Shown here: positions 37,312 through 46,756 of the stretch, in pieces | Position numbering within the stretch: position 1 is the first letter of the stretch | Layout of the letters: every line of letters starts with the position of its first letter | From: an uncultured bacterium | Lineage (GTDB): Bacteria; Ratteibacteria; UBA8468; B48-G9; JAFGKM01 | Reading direction: 5' to 3' | NCBI GenBank assembly: GCA_964403465.1 | Contig: CAYOFY010000001.1 | Location: forward strand, 1-58,592 | DNA: 58,592 nt | Notes under the pieces: model-generated | Seen by the model: the letters and a program-made list of their open reading frames with translations, nothing else | Told to the model about the DNA's origin: nothing | Databases searched by the model: none | Position numbers and translations under genes: made by a program

Positions 37312-38241
37312 CTATTTATTTAGGAGGAAATAGATAGCGAGGCAAAAGAGCGTGCCCATAACGGGAGTGAAAAACCAACCTGACAGTATCTTCAGAACTG
37401 TCTTCTTGTTTACCGTCTTTACGCCCTTCAGAAGCCCTATTCCAATAACTGCTCCAACAATAGCCTGGGAAGAGGAAACGGGAACGCCTATACGGGCATA
37501 AATGTGGAGCACCACTGAATGAGCCAGGACGGCAATAAGCGCGGAAAAGGCGTCAACGGGTATAATCCTCCTTCCGACTGTAAATATCACTCCCTTCCTG
37601 CATGTCAATGCACCCAGAGCAATGCTGATTCCTCCGATCAGTAATGCCTGATTGACGTCCATGACACCGGCTTGATAAAAAACCCCTGTCACGTTTGCGA
37701 CATTGTTGGCTCCCAGAGAATACGCTCCGTAGATTCCGGCAAGAATAAGTAAATTTCTCATCAACCTGTCATATGTCAGAAAATGGAGTGCCTGCTTATG
37801 CAGAATCCTTGACAGAACAATGTAAAGGATAACAGCAGTCAGCGCCGAGCCCACAGGTGTTGTAATCCAGCATATAAAAATCTTCATCAATCCCATGGCT
37901 TCCATCTGCCTGTTAATAACACCGATGCCCATGATGGCTCCTACGACAGCCTGGGAAGAGGAGACCGGTAATTTCAGAAAACTCATCAGGGTTACGGTCA
38001 TCGCGGCAGCAACAGAGATTATAAAGGCGGTATCGCCGGTCTGTGTTGTCAGTCCTGCAAGGGTTCCCATCCCGCGCCAGCCGCCGATGAATGAACCTGT
38101 GAGTACGAAAACAGCGGTCAGGACAACCGCGGTCCTGTACCTTACCATATACGAGGACACAGCTGTGCCGAATACATTTGCGGTATCATTTGAACCCAGC
38201 GCCCATCCCATACACAGCGGTCCGAGTAATCTCATATCCAT
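37312..38241 (-). CDS. inorganic phosphate transporter, PiT family
   Basis: Duplicated signature 'GSNDTANVFGTAVS' and 'GANNVANVTG', with about 8 hydrophobic segments. Confidence 0.9.
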   Translation of the reverse strand: MDMRLLGPLCMGWALGSNDTANVFGTAVSSYMVRYRTAVVLTAVFVLTGSFIGGWRGMGTLAGLTTQTGDTAFIISVAAAMTVTLMSFLKLPVSSSQAVVGAIMGIGVINRQMEAMGLMKIFICWITTPVGSALTAVILYIVLSRILHKQALHFLTYDRLMRNLLILAGIYGAYSLGANNVANVTGVFYQAGVMDVNQALLIGGISIALGALTCRKGVIFTVGRRIIPVDAFSALIAVLAHSVVLHIYARIGVPVSSSQAIVGAVIGIGLLKGVKTVNKKTVLKILSGWFFTPVMGTLFCLAIYFLLNK

Positions 38242-38243
38242 TC

Positions 38244-38891
38244 TTAAACCATTCTCTTTGCGGCGATGATATTCAACCTGTCAGTTACCTCTTCGGACTT
38301 ATCCGAGATGTTTCCTATCTCAATAATGAGGTCTTTCAGAAGAATCTTCTGGCCTATCTCATAGCCGGATGAAAAAACTCTGCGTATCAGGTCTCTTTCC
38401 ATCCTGTCCGAAGAGCTCTCTCGTTTGTCAACCTCTTTCACTTTTTCCCTCACGTCTTTTAGACTGTGAAAGAGCGTTCTGAATCCTTCAATAGCCCCTT
38501 CAAAAGCATAGATATTGTTGTTAATCAGTTTGAGCAAATCCTCTTTCAGTTCCTGGGGGATGTTGAGAGATTCCGTTTCAATCTGGTACAACACCGACTG
38601 TGCCTTGTTGAGAACAGCGTCTGTTGCTTCAATAAGACCCAGGATATCACCCCTGGACTCCGGTATAAGCGACTTCTGGTACATCTCCAGTTCTATCTCC
38701 CTGCGAAGGTCGTCGGCCATCGACTCAGAAAGGTGCGTATTTTCTATCATTTCCTTAAACTCTCTTGATATTCCGTTGCCAAAATAATTTTCCATTGTTT
38801 TCCTGAACATCTCAATGGTTTCCCGGATTCTGTTCAGGTACTTTTCCGTTTTCTCATACACCGCATTCTTTTTCCCGAAAAAAAAGTCCAT
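38244..38891 (-). CDS. DUF47 / PhoU-like phosphate transport regulator (PiT-associated)
   Basis: A 215-aa helical protein immediately upstream of PiT, which is the conserved pairing. Contains 'LSESMADDLRREIE' and 'ISDKSEEVTDRL'. Confidence 0.78.
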   Translation of the reverse strand: MDFFFGKKNAVYEKTEKYLNRIRETIEMFRKTMENYFGNGISREFKEMIENTHLSESMADDLRREIELEMYQKSLIPESRGDILGLIEATDAVLNKAQSVLYQIETESLNIPQELKEDLLKLINNNIYAFEGAIEGFRTLFHSLKDVREKVKEVDKRESSSDRMERDLIRRVFSSGYEIGQKILLKDLIIEIGNISDKSEEVTDRLNIIAAKRMV

Positions 38892-38925
38892 TGCACACCT
38901 CCGTCTTTATATTGACTCTTTCAGG

Positions 38926-40047
38926 TCAGCATTTGCTGATGACTTCCTGATATTCTTCCAAAATATGATTCAATCCGAGCAGTTTAAGGGTTGCTATCGC
39001 CGCCGAAACGTCAAAATACTCTTCGGGATTATCGGCAGGAAGAATATACCACAGTCTTACATCGGCAGGCAGTGTTTTAATGAGATGTTCAACATACCTG
39101 TCGTAGGAAGGAAATTCATCAATGCCCTTTGAGTTCAGACCGGGGGTAATCACTATATCCTTTCCAAGAACCTCTATAATCTTTTCAATGCGGCTCAAGG
39201 GGTACGAAGGATCTATACCTATCAAACCCGGTATTTCTTTTATTTCTTCCAGACTATGTTCAAACTGCCCGCAACAATGCATAAAGACACCTCCGGTCTT
39301 CCGTGCTATTTCTTTAACGTAAGGCAGTTCAAACTCACGGTACAACCTGGGAGATAGCAGAGGCAGTGAGTCCTGCGTGAGAGAAATACCCATGCCATCG
39401 GGAATCCAGACATACGGCCAGGTTACCGGTATAAAAGAATCTCCGAATTCCTTGCGGTAAACTGAAAGCACCTCAAGAATGACGTTTGTACATAGACGCA
39501 GCAGTTTATGCGCCAGTTCAGGCTCGGTATACATGCCGATGAAAAATTCCTCCTGTTTGATGGCAAGTATTGCATTGCCTACAGGTCCCTGTATGTCAGG
39601 GGGCGCTACGTATCCGAAACCATCGGTAATGTCGCGCCATCTCCGGCATCTGTCAAACTCTTCCTTCACCAGTCCGCTCATTACATCAGGGGGTTCAAGA
39701 TTGCGGACATCTTCAAGGGAACTGAAAGCGGGCTTAATCCACTGGTTCTGCCCATCGCTTTCTTTTATCAATTCCCCCCCGAAAACAGAAACCAGGGATA
39801 TTGTCCCCATGTCAGGCCAGAAAACAGGCACGTTGTCTCCGGGCAATTCCATTATCATGGAAAAGTAGCGAGCCGCCTTTTCAAACTGGAGATTCGCATC
39901 GTCAAAAATCTGCCGTGGTTCCAGACTGTACGGTACAAAAGAAAGCGGCGGTCTGCCTATATCCTTTCCCTTCCAGAAATCCCGAAGGCGTCGTTTCCTT
40001 CTCTCTATTTCATCACCATACCTCTTTGCAAGATCTTTCAATTCCAT
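38926..40047 (-). CDS. uroporphyrinogen decarboxylase (URO-D)-like superfamily protein, function unknown
   Basis: 373 aa. Only a general resemblance to URO-D/MtaA-type TIM-barrel proteins ('VFMHCCGQ', 'IGIDPS'), so this is a weak assignment. Confidence 0.4.
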   Translation of the reverse strand: MELKDLAKRYGDEIERRKRRLRDFWKGKDIGRPPLSFVPYSLEPRQIFDDANLQFEKAARYFSMIMELPGDNVPVFWPDMGTISLVSVFGGELIKESDGQNQWIKPAFSSLEDVRNLEPPDVMSGLVKEEFDRCRRWRDITDGFGYVAPPDIQGPVGNAILAIKQEEFFIGMYTEPELAHKLLRLCTNVILEVLSVYRKEFGDSFIPVTWPYVWIPDGMGISLTQDSLPLLSPRLYREFELPYVKEIARKTGGVFMHCCGQFEHSLEEIKEIPGLIGIDPSYPLSRIEKIIEVLGKDIVITPGLNSKGIDEFPSYDRYVEHLIKTLPADVRLWYILPADNPEEYFDVSAAIATLKLLGLNHILEEYQEVISKC

Positions 40048-40222
40048 GAGAAGACTCTCCTTCCGATTCGTCGGAACTTTCTGCCTTGATTATAAATTCT
40101 AACCACTTAGAAGTAAATGTCAAATGAATTGAGACCAGTATGATCGCATGAATTGAATTGAAAAAAAAATGGATTTGGAGTATATTTTATTGACGTTCAG
40201 GTTCGTGTGTGGAGAAAAATAA

Positions 40223-42670
40223 ATGGGGAAATACAACTTTCGGGAAGCGGAAGACAAGTGGCAGAAAAAATGGGATGAATCCGGCATATATAAAGCCCAA
40301 TTTGTAAGAGGCCAGAAAAAATTCTATGTGCTTGAGATGTTTCCCTACACTTCAGCGCAGATACATATGGGACATGTCAGGAATTATACTATCGGTGATG
40401 TAATCGCCCGTTTTCTTGCGATGAACGGTTTTAACATACTGCATCCGATCGGGTACGATGCATTCGGCATGCCTGCGGAAAATGCCGCAATAAAACAGAA
40501 GATACATCCAAAAGAATGGACATACAGGAATATAGAAACCATAAGAAGACAATTGAAAAAACTTGGTATTTCATACTGTTGGGAAAGAGAACTTGCAACA
40601 TGCGACCCTGAATATTACAGATGGAATCAGTATTTCTTTCTCCAGCTTTACAAGAAAGGCCTGATATATAAGAAATTGTCGCTTGCCAACTGGTGCCCTT
40701 CCTGCAATACAGTTCTGGCAAACGAACAGGTTGTTGACGGAGAGTGCTGGAGATGCGCTTCAGCGGTTGAACAGAAGGAACTATCGCAGTGGTTTGTCAG
40801 AATCACCGATTACGCTGAAAAACTTCTGGATTTCTCAGGGCTGAAAAACTGGCCGGAGCGCGTCATAACAATGCAGAAAAACTGGATAGGCAAGAGTTAC
40901 GGATGTGAAGTGCACTTCACAATACCGGAATTGAACAAGGACCTGAAGGTTTTCACCACCAGACCTGATACGCTCTTTGGGGCAACCTATGTTGTAATAT
41001 CTCCCAGGCATGCTCTGGTAAAAGAGATTATCGCAAAGAGCAGTTCTAAGAAGGAGATTGAATCTTTCCTCGCAAAGGTAAGAAACCAGAATATAACCAT
41101 TGAAGCAACCGCAAAGATGGAAAAAGAAGGGATATATACCGGAGTCACGGCAATAAACCCTGTCAACAATGAAAAAATACCCGTATGGATAGGCAATTAT
41201 GTCCTCCTGGAATACGGCACCGGGGCCATCATGGCTGTCCCCGCACATGACCAGAGGGACTTTGAATTTGCGGGAAAGTATAAACTTCCCATCAGGATTG
41301 TGATAAGAAACCCGGAGTGGAAAACAACGCCCCATAAGCTTGAACAGGCATACGAATCCGAAGGAATTATGATGAACTCAGGTATCTTTAACGGGATGAG
41401 CAGCACGGAATGCATCCGGGAAATAACCGAGCATCTTGAGAAACAGGACAAAGGGAAGAAAACAGTAAATTACAGCCTGAGGGACTGGTGCATATCAAGG
41501 CAGAGGTACTGGGGAACCCCGATTCCCATTATCTACTGCAAGAAATGCGGGACTGTCCCTGTTCCAGAAAAAGAGTTGCCGGTCAGATTACCCGAAGACG
41601 TTGAGTTAACAGGCAAGGGGGAATCGCCACTAAGGAACTCCAGTCGGTTTCTGTATTGCAGATGCCCGGAATGCAACGGCGACGCTGAAAGAGAGACCGA
41701 TACCATGGATACCTTCATGGACTCTTCATGGTATTTCTTGAGATACGCATCCGGTGATACAACGGAAAAACCATTCGGCAAGGAAGAGGTGAATTACTGG
41801 ATGCCTGTTGACCAGTATATAGGAGGCATAGAACACGCGATACTCCATCTTCTTTACAGCAGGTTTTTCGTCAAGGTATTAAATGACATGCACTTTCTTG
41901 ACTTTAACGAGCCTTTTGAAAACCTTTTATGCCAGGGCATGGTAATAAAAGATGGCGCCAAGATGTCCAAGTCAAAAGGTAATGTCGTGGATCCCGAAGA
42001 GATTATCAGGAAATACGGGGTTGATACCCTGAGACTCTTTATACTATTCGCCGCTCCACCGGAACTGGATCTGGAATGGGCCGAAACAGGGATTGAAGGT
42101 ATGTGGAGATTCATAAACAGGATCTGGATTTTGAATAACAACATACTGAATTACGAAGGTGCGGGCAAAAACGACGGAGATATGCTTTCCGAAAGACTTA
42201 TCAACAAAACCATAAAGGGAATTACCGGTGATATTGAAAAGGAATTCCATTTCAATACCGCCATTGCGAAAATGATGGAGTTTACCAATGACGTACACGG
42301 GATTATGGAAAAGAGGGAGTGTTCAAAAGAAAAATTACTTGATGTGTGGCAGCGTTTCATCAAACTTATGGCGCCTTTCATCCCTCATATATGCGAGGAG
42401 TTATGGGAGATACAGGGAAACAGAAAATCAGTATTTAATGAATCCTGGCCAGGAGTGCAAGAGGAATATCTGCAGGAGAAAGAATCATCTGTTGTGGTTC
42501 AGATAAACGGGAAGGTCAGGGGCAGGATAAGCGTTGTTTCCGGCTCATGCGAATCGGAAGTGGTTGAAAAAGCTCTCAATGACACGAACATTTCTAAGTG
42601 GGTGGCAGGCAAAAAAATCGCAAAGCGGATCTATATACAGGATAAGATACTGAACCTGGTAACAAAATAA
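40223..42670 (+). CDS. leuS: leucine--tRNA ligase
   Basis: 'PYTSAQIHMGHVRNY' (HIGH-class motif) and 'KMSKSKGNVV'. 815 aa. Confidence 0.97.
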   Translation: MGKYNFREAEDKWQKKWDESGIYKAQFVRGQKKFYVLEMFPYTSAQIHMGHVRNYTIGDVIARFLAMNGFNILHPIGYDAFGMPAENAAIKQKIHPKEWTYRNIETIRRQLKKLGISYCWERELATCDPEYYRWNQYFFLQLYKKGLIYKKLSLANWCPSCNTVLANEQVVDGECWRCASAVEQKELSQWFVRITDYAEKLLDFSGLKNWPERVITMQKNWIGKSYGCEVHFTIPELNKDLKVFTTRPDTLFGATYVVISPRHALVKEIIAKSSSKKEIESFLAKVRNQNITIEATAKMEKEGIYTGVTAINPVNNEKIPVWIGNYVLLEYGTGAIMAVPAHDQRDFEFAGKYKLPIRIVIRNPEWKTTPHKLEQAYESEGIMMNSGIFNGMSSTECIREITEHLEKQDKGKKTVNYSLRDWCISRQRYWGTPIPIIYCKKCGTVPVPEKELPVRLPEDVELTGKGESPLRNSSRFLYCRCPECNGDAERETDTMDTFMDSSWYFLRYASGDTTEKPFGKEEVNYWMPVDQYIGGIEHAILHLLYSRFFVKVLNDMHFLDFNEPFENLLCQGMVIKDGAKMSKSKGNVVDPEEIIRKYGVDTLRLFILFAAPPELDLEWAETGIEGMWRFINRIWILNNNILNYEGAGKNDGDMLSERLINKTIKGITGDIEKEFHFNTAIAKMMEFTNDVHGIMEKRECSKEKLLDVWQRFIKLMAPFIPHICEELWEIQGNRKSVFNESWPGVQEEYLQEKESSVVVQINGKVRGRISVVSGSCESEVVEKALNDTNISKWVAGKKIAKRIYIQDKILNLVTK

Positions 42671-42671
42671 A

Positions 42672-42699
42672 AAGGGGGAGTTTTGCTGGACTCCCCCTT
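42672..42699. terminator. bidirectional hairpin terminator between leuS and the convergent small membrane gene
   Basis: A 10-bp stem pairs aagggggagt (42672-42681) with actccccctt (42690-42699). The T-tract is present on the minus-strand side (ttttattttgtt). Confidence 0.7.
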
Positions 42700-42716
42700 G
42701 ATAAATAGTGTTTGTC

Positions 42717-42938
42717 TTATTTCTGTTCTTCTTTCTTCCCTTCCTCTTTCTTGGATTCCTTCTTTTCTTCCATCTTGTCTTTTATATCGCTTATCCCAGC
42801 CGCAATTGCTATCACCCCTCCGACAAGGAGCAGGAAAGGAACTGCAGCCATAACAGCCTTTATAAAATACTGCCACCATCCAGCAAGTCCCCATATCCCG
42901 AGAATTACCGCCACTATTCCGCCAATTAATGCTCCCAT
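42717..42938 (-). CDS. small two-TM membrane protein with K/E-rich C-terminal tail
   Basis: 73 aa. Two hydrophobic helices ('LIGGIVAVILGIWGLAGWW', 'VPFLLLVGGVIAIAAGI') are followed by 'KDKMEEKKESKKEEGKKEEQK'. The upstream sequence on the minus strand is aaaaggaggcctaaATG. Confidence 0.55.
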   Translation of the reverse strand: MGALIGGIVAVILGIWGLAGWWQYFIKAVMAAVPFLLLVGGVIAIAAGISDIKDKMEEKKESKKEEGKKEEQK

Positions 42939-43056
42939 TTAGGCCTCCTTTTTTCCTGTTAAGTTTAACTTTTTTGAATATACCATAACGTTCTATTAAT
43001 TGTCAAGAATAGTTGACTTGCTTTGCAGCATTGTGAAGAAATGTTATTCTCTTGAT

Positions 43057-44031
43057 ATGGAAAACATAAGAATAGCGGCGGCTCAGTTTGAAAACCGGAA
43101 TGCCGATAAGAGATACAACCTTTCTGTAATACATTCATTAACCGCCAGGGCAGTGTCACAGGGAGCTGAAGTGATAAGTTTTCATGAAGGCAGCATAACG
43201 GGTTACACCTTCATCAGACGGCTGAATAAGACAGAACTGCTTGACATCGCTGAACCCGTGCCGGGCGGAAATAGCATCCGGCAATTAATGGCTATCTCCA
43301 AAGAATTCAAAATTCATATTCTTGCCGGACTTATAGAAAAAGATTCCAAAGATAATATTTACAATACCTACATTTGTGTGAGTGGGACAAAATTGATTGC
43401 AAGATTCAGGAAGATGCATCCTTTCATAAACCCTTCTATTTCCCCGGGAAATGAGTATGTAACATTTGATATAAAAGGATGCAAATGCAGCATTCTGATA
43501 TGTTACGATAATAATCTGGTGGAGAACGTAAGAATCACAGCCCTCATGGGAGCAGAGATTGTTTTTATGCCGCATGTTACCTGCTGTCTGCCTTCACCCA
43601 TGCCTGGCAGAGGTTTTGTGGACAGGAAACTCTGGGAAAATCGGGAAAAAGATCCGGTTCCCCTCAAGATGGAGTTTATGGGGCCGAAAGGTCGAGGATG
43701 GCTGATGAAATGGCTGCCTGCAAGGGCCTATGAAAACGGTATCTATGCGGTATTTTCAAACCCCGTTGGAATTGATGACGACCAGGTCAGGAACGGCAAT
43801 GCCATGATTATAGACCCTTTCGGGGAAATCATTGCGGAATGCAACACGCTGGGCGATGATATGACTGTCGGACAATGTGTACCTGAAAAAATCGCCCTGT
43901 CTTCAGGAAGGCGCTATCTGAAAGCAAGAAGACCCGAACTCTACGGGAGACTTGTTGAGCCTCCGCCGGAAAAACCGGAAACAAAACCTGGATGGGATAT
44001 AAATATTAAAGATAAACGGAACGCTTCATGA
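43057..44031 (+). CDS. carbon-nitrogen hydrolase (nitrilase superfamily) protein
   Basis: 'IRIAAAQFE', 'FRKMHPF' and 'CSILICYD' give Glu, Lys and Cys in the expected order. The ATG at 43057 is preferred over the TTG at 43000. Confidence 0.85.
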   Translation: MENIRIAAAQFENRNADKRYNLSVIHSLTARAVSQGAEVISFHEGSITGYTFIRRLNKTELLDIAEPVPGGNSIRQLMAISKEFKIHILAGLIEKDSKDNIYNTYICVSGTKLIARFRKMHPFINPSISPGNEYVTFDIKGCKCSILICYDNNLVENVRITALMGAEIVFMPHVTCCLPSPMPGRGFVDRKLWENREKDPVPLKMEFMGPKGRGWLMKWLPARAYENGIYAVFSNPVGIDDDQVRNGNAMIIDPFGEIIAECNTLGDDMTVGQCVPEKIALSSGRRYLKARRPELYGRLVEPPPEKPETKPGWDINIKDKRNAS

Positions 44032-44851
44032 CTTCAACGGGGGCAGTTTTTCCCGTCCACAGTTCAAAAGAAATAGCCCCCTGGTATATCAGCATTGAAA
44101 GACCGTCAAGACAGCGTAATCCTTTTTTCTCAGCCGCCTTGAGCAATTCCGTTTTCCTGTTATAAACTATGTCATAAACAAACTTATCTCCGGCAAGATT
44201 TTCTGAATCTATAAGAAGAGGGTCGCCTTTTTTCATTCCGACCGAGGTAGTATTAATCAGGAGTTGTATATCCAGCCATATTTTCTTATCATTTCTTTCC
44301 CCAAACGGCACAACCTCAACGGATTTATATCCCAGATTTTTGAAGAGATGCCTCTTTAAAAGGATGGCCTTCTTTTCTGTTCTGTTGCATATGTAGATTC
44401 TGGATACTTTTCCCTTGGCCAGCGCCCCGCTTATGGCATAGGAAGAACCTCCTGAGCCAAGAATAAAAACTTTCTTGCCCCGTATGGTAAAGCCACAACT
44501 TTCTTTCAAAGAACGCGCGAATCCGCTTCCGTCAGTAGTATATCCCTTTAATTTGCCGTTTTTGTTTACAACGGTATTTACCGCTCCAAGAAGTTTAGCT
44601 TCTTCGTCTATCCCGTCAAGATATTTCAGAACCGCCCTCTTGTGAGGAATGGTGATATTCACCCCTGCAAAATTAAGAGCCCTTATACCTTCAATGGCTT
44701 TTCCTATCTCTTCAGGAGCAACCTCCATCGGGATATAAACACAATCCAGTTTCAAATATTCAAAAGCAGCATTTTGAAAGAGAGGTGATAGCGAATGGCC
44801 TACAGGATAGCCGAATACACCGGTAATTCTGGTTTTTCCCGTTATTTTCAT
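44006..44851 (-). CDS. aroE: shikimate dehydrogenase
   Basis: 'GVFGYPVGHSLSPLFQNAAF', 'GVNITIPHK', 'ILGSGGSSYA' and 'NTTSVGM'. The start is taken as the ATG at 44851; the TTG at 44887 would overlap the parA promoter. The 3' end overlaps the nitrilase gene by 26 nt. Confidence 0.9.
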   Translation of the reverse strand: MKITGKTRITGVFGYPVGHSLSPLFQNAAFEYLKLDCVYIPMEVAPEEIGKAIEGIRALNFAGVNITIPHKRAVLKYLDGIDEEAKLLGAVNTVVNKNGKLKGYTTDGSGFARSLKESCGFTIRGKKVFILGSGGSSYAISGALAKGKVSRIYICNRTEKKAILLKRHLFKNLGYKSVEVVPFGERNDKKIWLDIQLLINTTSVGMKKGDPLLIDSENLAGDKFVYDIVYNRKTELLKAAEKKGLRCLDGLSMLIYQGAISFELWTGKTAPVEVMKRSVYL

Positions 44852-44880
44852 ATTTAAAATATTACCATTTAAAATATCTC

Positions 44881-44929
44881 TTGACAAAAACAGGAGTTTA
44901 CTTTATATTATCAGGAAGTTCATAACTTC
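44881..44929 (+). promoter_or_regulatory. candidate parA promoter (TTGACA-17-TATATT) followed by palindrome GAAGTTcatAACTTC
   Basis: TTGACA at 44881-44886, TATATT at 44904-44909, and a perfect 6-3-6 palindrome at 44915-44929, roughly where a transcript from this promoter would start. Confidence 0.55.
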
Positions 44930-44950
44930 ATAAAAACAGTGGAGGAGTCG

Positions 44951-45718
44951 ATGAGAAAAATAGCAATCATAAATCAGAAGGGCGGTTCCGGCAAAACAAC
45001 CACGGTGGTGAATACGGGTGCATTCCTTGCACAGAGGGGGAAAAAGGTTCTTCTGATAGACCTTGACCCTCAGTCTCACACAACCATTCATCTTGGTTTC
45101 GAACCTCCAAGCATTAAAAACTCGGTTTATGACATTCTTATCAAGAAATTCCCTTTAAGGGAAGTGCTCCTGCCGACATACGAAAAAAACCTGTCCATAA
45201 TACCTGCCAGCATAGAACTTGCAAGCGCGGAAATAGAACTGGTAAATGAGATAGGCAGGGAGATAATCCTCAGGGATGCTCTGAAGAAAAGCAAAATGGA
45301 TTTTGATTACATACTCATAGATTGCCCGCCTTCCCTCGGTCTCCTGACTCTTAATGCACTGACAACCGCCGATGAGATATTCATTCCGATTCAGGCAGAA
45401 TTTTTTGCTCTTGAAGGGCTCACAAAATTAATGCAGACGATTGAAATAGTCAAAAAACGGTTGAATCCCCGTATTGAAATATCAGGCATAATAATAACAA
45501 TGTTTGATGCCAGAAAAAACATCTGCAGGGATGTCTCTGACAAAGTGGCCAGTTATTTCAAGAAGAAGATATTTAAGACAAAGATACGCGAAAATGTACG
45601 GCTTGCCGAAGCACCAAGTTTCGGAAAAACAATAAAGGATTTTGCACCCTGCAGCCATGGCTGGGAAGATTACAGGAAACTTGCTTCAGAGATAATAAAG
45701 CAGGAGAAGAAAAAATGA
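44951..45718 (+). CDS. parA: ParA/Soj-family partition ATPase
   Basis: Deviant Walker A 'KIAIINQKGGSGKTTT', then 'LLIDLDPQ' and 'DYILIDCPPSLG'. The ATG at 44951 follows GGAGGAG. Confidence 0.92.
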   Translation: MRKIAIINQKGGSGKTTTVVNTGAFLAQRGKKVLLIDLDPQSHTTIHLGFEPPSIKNSVYDILIKKFPLREVLLPTYEKNLSIIPASIELASAEIELVNEIGREIILRDALKKSKMDFDYILIDCPPSLGLLTLNALTTADEIFIPIQAEFFALEGLTKLMQTIEIVKKRLNPRIEISGIIITMFDARKNICRDVSDKVASYFKKKIFKTKIRENVRLAEAPSFGKTIKDFAPCSHGWEDYRKLASEIIKQEKKK

Positions 45719-46092
45719 AAAAAACAGGTCTGGGAAGGGACCCTTTGAGCTGGATAAATTCTACATCTGATGGAAAGAAATCAGTGGAGAAGGAGGTTGA
45801 ACTGCAAATTTCAACAGGGGAAAAAAAGGAAAAGGCGGGTATTCCAAAGTTCAAGACCTTTGATGTCCGCCTGACTTCTCTACTGAGGGAAGACCAGCTT
45901 GATTTTCTTGATAAATTGATACGGGAGATACAGAAAAACAGGGAGCCCCAATACAGGAAAGAAAGGATAACCAAAAATACCCTGATGCGGGTCTTCATAG
46001 ATGCTTTCATGAATATAAAGATAGACACGTCAAATATTCCGGACGAAGAAACTCTCCTTGAAAAGGTCCTGCGGACCATAAAACAGAAATAA
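45715..46092 (+). CDS. small ParA-coupled protein with ParB-like N-terminal peptide and putative ribbon-helix-helix C-terminal half
   Basis: ATGA overlap with parA. The N-terminus 'KKTGLGRDPLSWI' resembles the ParB 'GLGRGL' peptide. 'KTFDVRLTSLLREDQLDFLDKLIREI...ITKNTLMRVFIDAF' fits a strand-helix-helix pattern. 125 aa. The RHH call is pattern-based. Confidence 0.5.
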   Translation: MKKTGLGRDPLSWINSTSDGKKSVEKEVELQISTGEKKEKAGIPKFKTFDVRLTSLLREDQLDFLDKLIREIQKNREPQYRKERITKNTLMRVFIDAFMNIKIDTSNIPDEETLLEKVLRTIKQK

Positions 46093-46210
46093 AGCTTCCT
46101 TTGTTCCGGATCATCGCTTCACTGCAAGATTTTCATGCCTTCCAGAAAATGAAACCTGCGGTTCATCAGAAACATCTAAATCCCGGTAAATGAAAAAGGA
46201 GGTGTTTGGT

Positions 46211-46654
46211 ATGGACAAGATTGCAGGTTGGAATCCTCTCAGGGAGTTGCTGGATGTCAGGAATAATTTCGACCGGATAGTGGAGAGCATCTTCAAACCC
46301 GGAGTCGCTTTTGGGGAAGCATATGCGAATGTGCCGGCCGTTGATGTCTATGAGGATAAGAACAACGTGTTCGTGAAAGCTGAGATTCCGGGATTGAAGA
46401 AGGAAGATATGGATGTTTCACTGACAGATGATATTCTCACGTTATCCTCGACGAAATCAGAAACAAGAGAGGAGAAGAAGGAGAATTTCTACAGAAAGGA
46501 GATCAGGGAAGGGTCTTTTTCAAGAAGCTTGGAAATCCCCTGTGAAATTGACAGGGACAGGATAACTGCTTCTTACAGCAACGGTGTTCTTGAAGTCATC
46601 CTTCCAAAGACCCCCGAAGCAAAGAAGAAAACGCTTAAGGTCAACATCAAGTAA
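46211..46654 (+). CDS. Hsp20/alpha-crystallin small heat-shock protein
   Basis: 'PAVDVYEDKNNVFVKAEIPGLKKEDMDVSL' and 'ASYSNGVLEVILPK'. The ATG lies 7 nt after AAGGAGG. Confidence 0.92.
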   Translation: MDKIAGWNPLRELLDVRNNFDRIVESIFKPGVAFGEAYANVPAVDVYEDKNNVFVKAEIPGLKKEDMDVSLTDDILTLSSTKSETREEKKENFYRKEIREGSFSRSLEIPCEIDRDRITASYSNGVLEVILPKTPEAKKKTLKVNIK

Positions 46655-46666
46655 CACAGGTACAAA

Positions 46667-46700
46667 GGGGAGGGATAATAGCTTGCCCTCCCCCTTTTTC
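46667..46700 (+). terminator. rho-independent terminator of the hsp20 gene
   Basis: ggggaggg (46667-46674) pairs with ccctcccc (46686-46693), followed by CTTTTT. Confidence 0.8.
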
Positions 46701-46756
46701 CTCCTGCTTGGTTGATATCTGTGCTATAATACCTTCCTGCATAAGGGTGCATAACC

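Noticed and set aside
42717-42938. The small 2-TM protein with a 'GIWGLAGWW' motif vaguely reminded me of small magnetosome-membrane proteins.
   Set aside because: I cannot recall a reference sequence well enough to support homology, and no other magnetosome-type genes are present. It is left as an uncharacterised membrane protein.
43057-44851. Convergent 3' overlaps between nitrilase and aroE (26 nt), apbE and lysA (21 nt), and the methyltransferase and the permease (33 nt).
   Set aside because: These overlaps are real in the sequence but common in compact genomes. I saw no evidence of a special regulatory role.
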